Part shown: positions 30,345 through 41,170 of the stretch, piece by piece
How positions within the stretch are numbered: the stretch's first letter is position 1
Layout: every line of letters begins with the position of its first letter
From: Macrostomum lignano
Lineage: Eukaryota
DNA: 55,001 bases
Direction: 5' to 3'
Assembly (NCBI GenBank): GCA_002269645.1
Contig: NIVC01004210.1
Span: 1-55,001, forward strand
Notes under the pieces: generated by a model
Told to the model about the DNA's origin: nothing
What the model saw: the letters and a program-made list of their open reading frames with translations, nothing else
The model's database searches: none
Program-made: the position numbers and the translations under genes

Positions 30345-30835
30345 TCTCTTAGGTGGGTACCCCTGTCTCTTAGGTGGGTATACCCCTGTCTCTTAGGTGG
30401 GTACCCCTGTCTCTTAGGTAGGTACCCCTGTCTCTTAGGTGGGTATACCCCTGTCTCTTAGGTGGGTATACCCCTGTCTCTTAGGTGGGTATACCCCTGT
30501 CTCTTAGGTGGGGTACCCCTGTCTCTTAGGTGGGGTACCCCTGTCTCTTAGGTGGGGTACCCTTGTCTCTTAGGTGCGTATACCCCTGTCTCTTAGGTGG
30601 GTATACCCCTGTCTCTTAGGTGGGTATACCCCTGTCTCTTAGGTGGGTATACCCCTGTCTCTTAGGTGGGTATACCCCTGTCTCTTAGGTGGGTATACCC
30701 CTGTCTCTTAGGTGGGTATACCCCTGTCTCTTAGGTGGGTATACCCCTGTCTCTTAGGTGGGTATACCCCTGTCTCTTAGGTGGGTATACCCCTGGCTCT
30801 TAGGTGGGTATACCCCTGTCTCTTAGGTGGGCACC
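30345..30835. repeat. 21-23-bp minisatellite
   Basis: Unit ggtgggtatacccctgtctctta. Confidence 0.95.
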
Positions 30836-31602
30836 CTTAGCACTGCTGTTGTCGATCACCCATTCCATTCATCAAGATTGTTGGCCTCTCATCTGAGGGG
30901 CGCTTTCCCATTTTGTGTCTTCCTTAGTAAACAGTGTTTCAGCCTTATTCCGTTAAAGTAGCAAAATCAACAAACAACCCTGTCATCTTTCATTTTGCAT
31001 TTCTGATCCAAAGAGAAGCAGAACGGGGAATAAAAAGGCGATCAGAGGACGCCTGGCCGAAATTTAAATTTAAAAACTTTTTTTTGCAAATCACAATTAG
31101 TTCCTTTGTAGTTTAACAAATTCTACAACAAACATAGTATAATAAAAATCAAACATATATATATATATAAATTAGCTTACTAGCAAACGGGATTTATTGC
31201 CACATTGATAGACGCAGGTACGAGTTCAACAACAAACATGTTTATAGAATAGAGCCTTCGAGGTAATGTTATACAAGTAGCTATATATAAAATGATTTAC
31301 AATGCATACGGATAAAGCTGAGCTGCTGCGCGCAGAATTTGAGAAGACGAATAGCCAGACAAAAAGGTCAGCTCTTGAGTAGCTACATTCACTTTTTAGG
31401 TTACAAAGCGAAGCCAAAATAGCATAAATTAATCCGCGAGAGGAGGCAAGCAGAGGGGGGGGGAGGCCATCCAGGATTTCCCAGGGCCGCCTGCCCCAAC
31501 CCCCTCTCTTTACCTCGGGCAGCTCAATCTGATCCAATGTCAGGAAACGAATAGGCAAAATACACACTGAGATACACGTGTTCACGACACAATAGACAAG
31601 GT

Positions 31603-31905
31603 TCCTTAACTCTTCGCTGATTGGTCAATTTAGATGGATCCTTAACTCTTCGCTGATTGGTCAATTTAGATGGATCCTTAACTCTTCGCTGATTGGTCAA
31701 TTTAGATGGATCCTTAACTCTTCGCTGATTGGTCAATTTAGATGGATCCTTAACTCTTCGCTGATTGGTCAGCTAGTATTGATCCTTAACTCTTCGCTGA
31801 TTGGTCAGCTAGTATTGATCCTTAACTCTTCGCTGATTGGTCAGCTACCTTAACTCTTCGCTGATTGGTCAATTTAGATGGATCCTTAACTCTTAGCTGA
31901 TTGGC
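31603..31905. repeat. 36-bp minisatellite containing a CCAAT box in each unit
   Basis: Unit ccttaactcttcgctgattggtcaatttagatggat. Confidence 0.92.
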
Positions 31906-32009
31906 CAGGATGAATCCTACTGAGCATTCGAACAAAAAAATTAGCCCGATATTCCCATAAACAAGCGATCGCAAGCAACACAAGGGAGAAGCAATGCAAC
32001 TGCGTGCTT

Positions 32010-35000
32010 CTACTTTGCCGAATTGAATTCGGCTCCTCGGCTGGACAGATCGTCAATCCGGGCCTCGATCCGGTCCAGCCGCTCGTTGATCCGCTTCTCC
32101 ATGGTGTCCAGGCGGCAGTCCAGCCACTGTCGGAGGCCCTGTATCGAGGCCTGACTGGTTGATACTGACCGGCTAACGCCTCCTCCGACTCCGCCGCTAG
32201 CCGCTGTCACCAGGTTGAGCAGGGAGCGCGCCTGAGACGACAGTTCTACCTCGGAGAGGCGCTCAAGAAGCGACGTGACGCTCAGCGCTCGGTCGGACGG
32301 ATGCGCCGGCCAGTTGTGCTGCTCCAACTGGATGCTGACGCAGGCCAGCTTCAGAGAGCCGGGCCCGGCCAGGGAGAGGAACTGCGGGATGCAGGAATAG
32401 AATGGATTGCTAATCTAGCCAACTTCATGGATGCAGAAATAGAAGGGATTGCTAATCTAGCCAACATTGTGGATGCAGAAATAGAAGGGATTGCTTATCT
32501 AGCCAACATTGTGGATGCAGAAATAGAATGGATTGCTAATCTAGCCAACATTGTGGATGCAGAAATAGAAGGGATTGCTAATCTAGCCAACTTCATGGAT
32601 GCAGGAATAGAATGGATTGCTAATCTAGCCAACATCATGGATGCAGAAATAGAATGGATTGCTAATCTAGCCAACATCGTGGATGCAGGAATAGAAGGGA
32701 TTGCTAATCTAGCCAACACCATGGATCCAGGAATAGAAAGGATTGCTAATCTAGCTCATCATGGACGAAATAATTTCTAAATCATGCTCTCAGATTACAA
32801 ATCACGGGTTTCAATCGAGTACAGTCTAAAAGCAGTAAAATAATTGGAGCAGAAACAAGCAAAACACCTATAAAAGGAAGCTAAGAAAAAGCAGGTGTCC
32901 TTAAACAGTCGCATTTTGATGGGATTTCGCTAGGAAATTAATCCTAGACGCTGAATGCAATGGCAATAAAAGCATTTTCCATTGGGAGCTGTTAAATATT
33001 TATTTCTAATTTTTGTTGCCGTCCTTGTCTATACAAGCTATGAGCTGGTTTATGAAGGCCGAAAATGATGATTAGGGCAAAGTCCTCTCTGTGTAGCGAC
33101 TCTAGTCCTCTCAGATTTGTTATCTGTAACAGAGTAGTCATTAGATGCAGTTGGGCGCATTATCTGCTGCTAGGAGAGGGCGGGGCTGACGATAAGCTTG
33201 CAACGAGGATATCCATAAAATTAGGCGCACAGGACGCGCGGCCAGCCGCCTATCACGCTACAAGAGGACCAAACCCGATAACCATGGATGGAGATGAGAT
33301 GAGCGGGGCATCAATTCGAATCGTGCAGAGATTCCGCATTCGAAATTAGCAGCTCAGACAAGCCTGCAGACTTGTGTCAGATAGAGCCAGTCCACAAATT
33401 GAGAGATTAAAGAGGGGAGAGAGAGAGCTAGCTAAGCAGTCAGAGGCCTCTCCTACTTTCAGACAACTGTAGGCTGACTGCAGTGTTTCGGTTCCCTAAA
33501 TTTCAATAGCTAGAGTAGACAGAAGTTCATAATAGCCTAAGCTCATAGGCTATTTCTTAGAAGGCACACCAGGATCAGTGGCCGAGTCAGGCTACAGTTG
33601 TCTGAAATTGCCAGTTCTGGTTCCGGATCTCATTGCAGATCGGCACAGCGGGATCAGTGGCCGAGTCAGCCTACAGTTGTCTGAAATTGCCAGCTCTGGT
33701 TCCGGATCTCATTGCAGATCGGCACAGCGGGATCAGTGGCCGAGTCAGCCTACAGTTGTCTGAAATTGCCAGCTCTGGTTCCGGATCTCATTGCAGATCG
33801 GCACAGCGATCAGTGGCCGAGTCAGCCTACAGTTGTCTAAAATGCCAGCTCTGGTTCGGATCTCATTGCAGATCGGCACAGCGGGATCAGTGGCTGAGTC
33901 AGCCTACAGTTGTCTGAAATTGCCAGCTCTGGTTCCGGATCTCATTGCAGATCGGCACAGCGGGATCAGTGGCTGAGTCAGCCTACAGTTGTCTAAAATG
34001 CCAGCTCTGGTTCCGGATCTCATTGCAGATCGGCACAGCGGGATCAGTGGCTGAGTCAGCCTACAGTTGTCTGAAAATGCCAGCTCTGGTTCCGGATCTC
34101 ATTGCAGATCGGCACAGCAGATCAGTGGCCGAGTCAGCCTACAGTTGTCTAAAATGCCAGCTCTGGTTCCGGATCTCATTGCAGATCGGCACAGCAGAAT
34201 CAGTGGCCGAGTCAGCCTACAGTTGTCTAAAATGCCAGCTCTGGTTCCGGATCTCATTGCAGATCGGCACAGCGGGATCAGTGGCTGAGTCAGCCTACAG
34301 TTGTCTAAAATGCCAGCTCTGGTTCCGGATCTCATTGCAGATCGGCACAGCGATCAGTGGCTGAGTCAGCCTACAGTTGTCTAAAATGCCAGCTCTGGTT
34401 CCGGATCTCATTGCAGATCGGCACAGCGGGATCAGTGGCCGAGTCAGCCTACAGTTGTCTAAAATGCCAGCTCTGGTTCCGGATCTCATTGCAGATCGGC
34501 ACAGCAGAATCAGTGGCCGAGTCAGCCTACAGTTGTCTAAAATGCCAGCTCTGGTTCCGGATCTCATTGCAGATCGGCACAGCGGGATCAGTGGCTGAGT
34601 CAGCCTACAGTTGTCTAAAATGCCAGCTCTGGTTCCGGATCTCATTGCAGATCGGCACAGCGGGATCAGTGGCTGAGTCAGCCTACAGTTGTCTGAAAAT
34701 GCCAGCTCTGGTTCCGGATCTCATTGCAGATCGGCACAGCGGGATCAGTGGCCGAGTCAGCCTACAGTTGTCTGAAAATGCCAGCTCTGGTTCCGGATCT
34801 CATTGCAGATCGGCACAGCGGGATCAGTGGCCGAGTCAGCCTACAGTTGTCTGAAAATGCCAGCTCTGGTTCCGGATCTCATTGCAGATCGGCACAGCGG
34901 GATCAGTGGCTGAGTCAGCCTACAGTTGTCTGAAAATGCCAGCTCTGGTTCCGGATCTCATTGCAGATCGGCACAGCGGGATCAGTGGCCGAGTCAGCCT

Positions 35001-38000
35001 ACAGTTGTCTGAAAATGCCAGCTCTGGTTCCGGATCTCATTGCAGATCGGCACAGCGGGATCAGTGGCCGAGTCAGCCTACAGTTGTCTGAAAATGCCAG
35101 CTCTGGTTCCGGATCTCATTGCAGATCGGCACAGCGGGATCAGTGGCCGGAGACAGAGATCAAAAATAGGCTGAAAGAAGGGGAAGCAGTAGCTATCAGG
35201 GCAATTGCTGGAGTATCTATCTTCTATCTGTCTGTCTAAGTTTTCTCTCAGTTTGGACGGAGTCATGCATTCAGAGAGAAAGAGAAAAATAATATATTTT
35301 AGAGACAGTCAAGCCAGCCACCCAGCCGAGCTTGTCCCCTGCTCTATATATCTAGTCAGCTAGATCTCCACCCAACCTCTCTACGTCCCATCCCATCGGC
35401 CGGCCCATTTCGGCCGCTGCCGCCGCTGCGACCACCGCCGCTCTCAACTGTCACATCGAATGAGGACTTGAGCCCGGCTGATTGGGAAAAAGAGAGAGGG
35501 GGTAGGCAGAGGCGGGCCAAGTGAGAGCTTTCTCTCACTCTCTCACTCACTCGCTCTATCTATATTTTCTCTGACGGAGGTGTTAGGAGATTTTCCCTCC
35601 TCCCCCAGCAGAGTGCAAATATCCTTGGTGGCTCATTACGATTCTTTTGTTTATAGGGGGATGGGGGATGGGCGCCCTTCCCGGTTGAAGAAGAAAAGGA
35701 TAAAAACAACTGAAAAAAACATGCAACATTGTAGTGTTCTCAAAAAAGTTGCACGCGAAGCCATAGACGGAGAGGCAAAACTGCTGCAGCCGTAAGAATG
35801 TTCTGCTTCTTCTCAGCGAGGCCTCACTAGCAATATAGACTTCTATTATTGCAGAGAAAAGGCACCGTTAGAAACCTGTTGCCGGCTTAGGCTAAGGCGG
35901 GGGTAATGAACAGGAAAAAAACTGTATTTCAGATGAGGCGGAAGCTTGGCTATAAAGAATTCAACTATGAATAGATAATGATGATGATGATGATGATGAG
36001 TAGGCTAGAGTTCTGCAGCTTGAATAGCCAATCCAGCATATCCTATAGGTGAGACAGCTATATAAGGGAAGAGGCCAAGGGGGGGGGTAAGTCAACTGTA
36101 TGATGGGATAATGGGATGCGGCTCTCTCCATCCCGATAGACGGGCAAGTGCATATCTCGGCTCCCCTTCTCCCACTCCCAAATCTCTAATCCCGAGAGCG
36201 CGCGCCGCTGTCACTGAGGCTGGGTTGGTTAGGGGTGCATCTGAAGGGCGTCCATCCGCGAGGTGCCTAATTTTCAATAGTCGCCACGAAGTGGGAGACC
36301 GCGAGCGAAGATAGAGATTAATAGGAGGTGGGGGGAGGCACTAGAGAGCGGGCACACTGCAGTATTTTCCAAGTCAAATAAGCAGCTAGCGTTCAAGATC
36401 GAAATCTTCTTCTGGTAATCAGCATAACTTCAGTTTGGCTGAAATCGATTTTCAACCTTTATGAATATTCCTAGTTTTTATGTGAAACAAAATCGAATAT
36501 TCAAACAACTTGAACGGCCACAGCAGTTCAAGGATGCGGAAAATGGTTATTTTTTCTAGTCAGTGAATTTCCCCACCAGATGCTCTGTCTAGAACATCCT
36601 GGCCTCTTTCTGCTCCCTTCATTATTCAACCCCGCCCCCCGCGCAGCAAAAAGGTATACGAGTGTACAGTTAGGTGTTAGGCATGGCAACTCGGCAGTGT
36701 GTGCATAGAGCTACTGTTGCTGACTCATTTGGCAAGTCCTGACTCGCAAAGATGGCACGAAATGAAACGAAACGAAGGAAGCGGAAAAAAGCTTTTGCAC
36801 TTCAATCAGGCCAGCTCGATTTGCCAATTATCTCTCCTGCGCCGATAGAGGGAGAGAGAGAGACAAGCCGCCCCCGACGCCACTCCCCCAGCTGTGCACC
36901 CCTCCTCATAGCAACTCTAAAAAACTGTCTCCATATTTCTCTCTCTCTCTCTCTCTCGGATTTGCCGCCACCTTGTCAAAGAAGCGTTTTTTGTAGAATG
37001 AAGGTACTTTTTTTCTCTCAGCCACATATTCAGCAAGAGAAAGTGGAAGCGTTGTTGGGAGTTGCGCGCTTCTATAAACCCTCGGTGACTGACAGCTTCA
37101 AGTCTGGCGTGAGGCGGCTAGTTGAGTGGCTAGAATAAATCAAGAGTTTATACTAACTGCCTGCTTTTTGCGCCCTTAATTGCAATAAGTAGCAAATGTC
37201 TGACACGCGCAGCTGGAGGGACTGCTACTCTAAGAACTTTCGCTTTGAATAGAGCGGGGACGACAGCGCTGCATCCGCTAAATGCCATTGTTAAGCTTAG
37301 CCTACCTAGCTCACTTGGTCGCACTCTAACCATTGCTTATAACGTAGTTTAAGTGAACTTAAAGTGAATCATCAAAATCGAGTCTAATTCAAATTTTAAT
37401 CTACAAACAGTTTAAGAATAGTCTAAACAGTCTTACTGAGCTTCTCTGCCGAACATATTCACTAAAACTCCACTCCTCAGCGACCCCACTCCTCAGCCAC
37501 CCCACTCTTTAGCCACCCCACTCTTTAGCCACCCCACTCCTCAGCCACCCCACTCCTCAGCCACCCCACTCCTTAGCCACCCCACTCCTCAGCCACCCCA
37601 CTCCTTAGCCACCCCACTCCTCAGCCACTCCACTCCTTAGCCACTCCACTCCTCAGCCACCCCACTCCTTAGCCACCCCACTCCTCAGCCACTCCACTCC
37701 TTAGCCACTCCACTCTTCAGCCACCCCACTCCTCAGCCACCCACTCCTCAGCCACCCCACTCCTTAGCCACTCCACTCCTCAGCCACTCCATCCTTAGCC
37801 ACTCCACTCCTCAGCCACCCCACTCCTCAGCCACCCACTCCTCAGCCACCCCACTCCTCAGCCACCCCACTCCTCAGCCACACCACTCCTCAGCCACCCC
37901 ACTCCTCAGCCACCCCACTCCTCAGCCACCCCACTCCTCAGCCACCCCACTCCTTAGCCACCCCACTCCTCAGCCACCCACTCCTTAGCCACTCCACTCC

Positions 38001-41000
38001 TCAGCCACCCCACTCCTTAGCCACCCACTCCTCAACCCACCTCATACCTCCACTCACCTAGCTCCATCACCCACCTCACTCCTCCAGCCACCCACTGGTT
38101 TACCTACCTCATTTCGGTAGACATCGCACTCCATAAAATACACAAATAAATTTCTAAGAGTCACAGTACAAATATGTAATTATTAGTCATTTCCATTGAT
38201 TGTTCTTCAGTTGTCAGTGCTTTATCTAAAAAGCATCTTAAGAGTACAACACAATGCTCCCATGAAACTGTCGCAGCAAATTCAGTCAGTTTGTACCCTC
38301 TCCCTCCAAATAAAAATCTCAAAGCACAGAGCAACAAAACCGGATAGAATGGCGGAGAATCCCAAAACAAGGCCGGTCATCCTCAAGCAACGCGGCGAGG
38401 TCACGCGGGCTATAGGCAAAAATAAAACCTGGGCTAGAAGTGAAACCGAAGTCAGAGGGGGCGTTGTGTTGCTTTTTCAAAATCACGAACCACAGAGGAA
38501 GGGTAGCGAATGGAATGAATAGCTGAGGACTCAGACTCAGCGGGTGGTATGCTGATTAAGGGGGTGGGGCAGTACAGTAGCCCGAAACAAACGTGCCGGA
38601 GACCCGAGGGGATTGGAGTGGGCTGGTGGCAGAGAGGAACATCAACAAGAGTAAAAAAAAACAGGGAACGCGAGATGGGAAAGTTGCCATTGGCCTTTGG
38701 GTGAGCTTAGGCAGATATTAAAGTTGCAGGCATTGAGTATGACTGAGGCAGCGTTCGTTTCACTTCTGGGAATTTTCTATTGTATTACTATATATTCTAG
38801 TTCGAGATGAGGATTGCCAACATTTTCGCTCGACTTGTGGACGATTCATGTCAGGGTTGAGGGTTGGTGTTTTGGTTAGGGCTCGGTTAGGGTTAAAGGT
38901 TGGTGTTATAGGGCTAGTGTTTTGGTTAGGGTTAAGGGTTAGTGTAATTTTTTAGATCTAGTTGTATAGATAGGGTTAGTGTTTTGGTTAGGGCTCGGTT
39001 AGGGTTAAAGGTTGGTGTTATAGGGCTAGTGTTTTGGTTAGGGTTAAGGGTTAGTGTAATTTTTTTAGATCTAGTTGTATAGATAGGGTTAGTGTTTTGG
39101 TTAGGGGTCGGTTAGGGTTAAAGGTTGGTGTTATAGGGCTAGTGTTTTGGTTAGGGTTAAGGGTTAGTGTAATTTTTTTAGATCTAGTTGTATAGATAGG
39201 GTTAGTGTTTTGGTTAGGGTTCGGTTAGGGTTAAAGGTTGGTGTTTTAGGGTTAGGGTTTTGGTTAGGGTTAAGTGTTAGTGTAATAGGGTTAGGGTTTC
39301 GGGTAGGGTTAGGTACGTCAGTCAGTTTGTGTTAGTCAGGTATCGTGGACATATTTCTACCCCAGCTCAGACCTGCTACCCTATCACAGTGCGGCGAACT
39401 AAGAGCTCAGCTTTATTGACTGCGACTGTTTTCTGGGGCAACACAAGCTGCGCCTATTCAGCTGCGTACTAACCAAGACAATATCTGCTTAACTTGCAGC
39501 GCTACTCAATAAAATTACCATAATATGCTTTCGTTGCTCTCCAATCAATATACATTATAGCAATATTTGTAAACACTTTCCACCAGATTAGTCGGCTTAG
39601 GCAAATTCAATAATAGCTTTGAAGAGAAGTAGGGAGAGAGCGGATCAATGTTAATGTATTGGCTGTTCACTGCTTGAAGGGAAAGAAGAGTGTCAAAGAC
39701 TGGTCCAATTCTCCGCATTGGGGACGCTGATGATTTATTATTATATTAGCTATAGCTGCTCAAACTGCTCACTCTCTGCTCACACTCTGTACAGCGCTCA
39801 CTAAGGCCAGGGCAGGGGCTTCCGCCTAGGCAGAGAATTAAGGCAAAATAGGATTTAGCCTGAGTATTCAAATTCCATTTTAAAGGCTGACACAAACTGA
39901 ATCCCTGATTGAAAGGTATATATTTCAGTATATATATATATATACCTTATGCGTTGTTTTTCATCACTGGAAGCTTTGTTCTATTAATGGTGCAGATATT
40001 TTCAAAATTGAAAATTCTCTTTGTCTTTTTCAGTAGACTATGCCTCTGAATGCTTCTTAACCCACAGCCCTTTGAAAATAACACAAAAAACAACAGCCGA
40101 GTTCTAATAGATTTGGTTTTTGCTCGAATATATCCACTTCGTAGGTTAAAGAAACAGGCAATTTTAGAAAGTTAAAACAATAAAAGTTGCTTTTCGTGTA
40201 CCGTAGAACACGTTGTTCGTTGTTTTGAGAATAGAGAATAAGACGATCTTACAAATCAATTTAAAATAAGGTGTGATTTGTTAACTTAGCTTCCACACTA
40301 AACAAATGCATTGTGTATGTAATTCGTTCTTTGAACAGATTCTTTTTCCATCACTAATGCTAATTTTGATAAGATAAGGAGGGATAGATAATAAAGGTGG
40401 GATAAGCAGTCACGTGATGAAATGCGTACATGGGGTTATAACCTAGGTATGAGAGAGCACAAGGCGAGCCAATCAAAGAGCAGGACAGACCAGCACTGCG
40501 AAATGATTGGCAAAACTAAACTAATTGCTAATACTTAAATTAAAAATATATAATAATATAAGATATAATTCACTTGATATTGGCTCTCCCCTGCTGAGTG
40601 AAATTAGCTGGCTTGGGAGAGGGGGGTTGTGGCGTGAGGTGGGCCTGTGTCTAGGGGGTAGGCATTTACTTATTTTCCTGCCCCCATGTACATTAGTCGT
40701 GTACATTCTTAAGCGTGTAACAATGTACTTATAGAGTTAGGCTGAACCAGAGTTGTTGGAACAATGAACTTTCGAACTCTTTTCCAAGAAATGTTTCTCA
40801 ACTTATGAGCAAACCACTTTCGCGCTCACCTTGAACTTAACCTCGTAGTTCGGATCTGGAAGGTTGCACTCGAATACGTGCCAGTTGGCGGCGGCCCCGG
40901 CCGCCATAGGGGCGCCCTGTACAGTGCAGATGTAGTCTCCGCGCCTGTCGTACACTTCAACATTGCGCGCGGTGGCTACAAGGCGCACAGACCGGATGCT

Positions 41001-41170
41001 CAGATTGTGATGCGCGTCGCAGTGCAGGCGCAGCTCGCAAGCATCTCGCGAAGGATTCGTCAACTCCGGATGCTCGAATGGACAGAGGCTGATGTAGCGC
41101 TTCGGCGGCTGCGACTGCTGCAGTATAGATTCTGTCTGGTTGCCAGTCTGTGGGCTGTTGGTACGACTGC
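32010..41170 (-). CDS. C10orf88/PAAT (DUF4506)-like gene. Exons ~41170-40830 and 32381-32010; first exon not located
   Basis: VATARNVEVY..DYICTVQG resembles SSARNMEVY..EYCGTSRG; the junction EVKFK|FLSL matches CKIK|LLSF; ELSSQARSLLNLV resembles KLSPGAQQLMDMV; C-terminal coiled coil LDTMEKRINERLDRIEARIDDL. A phase-0 GT-AG intron of ~8.4 kb joins the two exons. Confidence 0.7.
32387..32755. repeat. 42-bp minisatellite abutting a splice acceptor
   Basis: Unit gatgcagaaatagaatggattgctaatctagccaacattgtg. Confidence 0.93.
33573..35148. repeat. ~79-bp satellite (~20 copies), intronic
   Basis: Unit ggatcagtggc(c/t)gagtcagcctacagttgtctgaaaatgccagctctggttccggatctcattgcagatcggcacagcg. Confidence 0.96.
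37475..38035. repeat. 17-18-bp C-rich minisatellite
   Basis: Unit ccaccccactcct(c/t)ag. Confidence 0.92.
38853..39312. repeat. Interstitial TTAGGG-rich repeat with ~112-113-bp higher-order unit (~4 copies)
   Basis: gttttggttaggg.tcgg recurs at 38869, 38981, 39094 and 39207. Confidence 0.85.

Noticed and set aside
15021-35148. Regularly spaced repeats as CRISPR arrays
   Set aside because: Units are head-to-tail without unique spacers, there are no cas genes, and the context is eukaryotic and intronic.
36388-36518. Short inverted repeat cgttcaag/cttgaacg as a MITE
   Set aside because: Only ~8 bp, with no convincing TSD.
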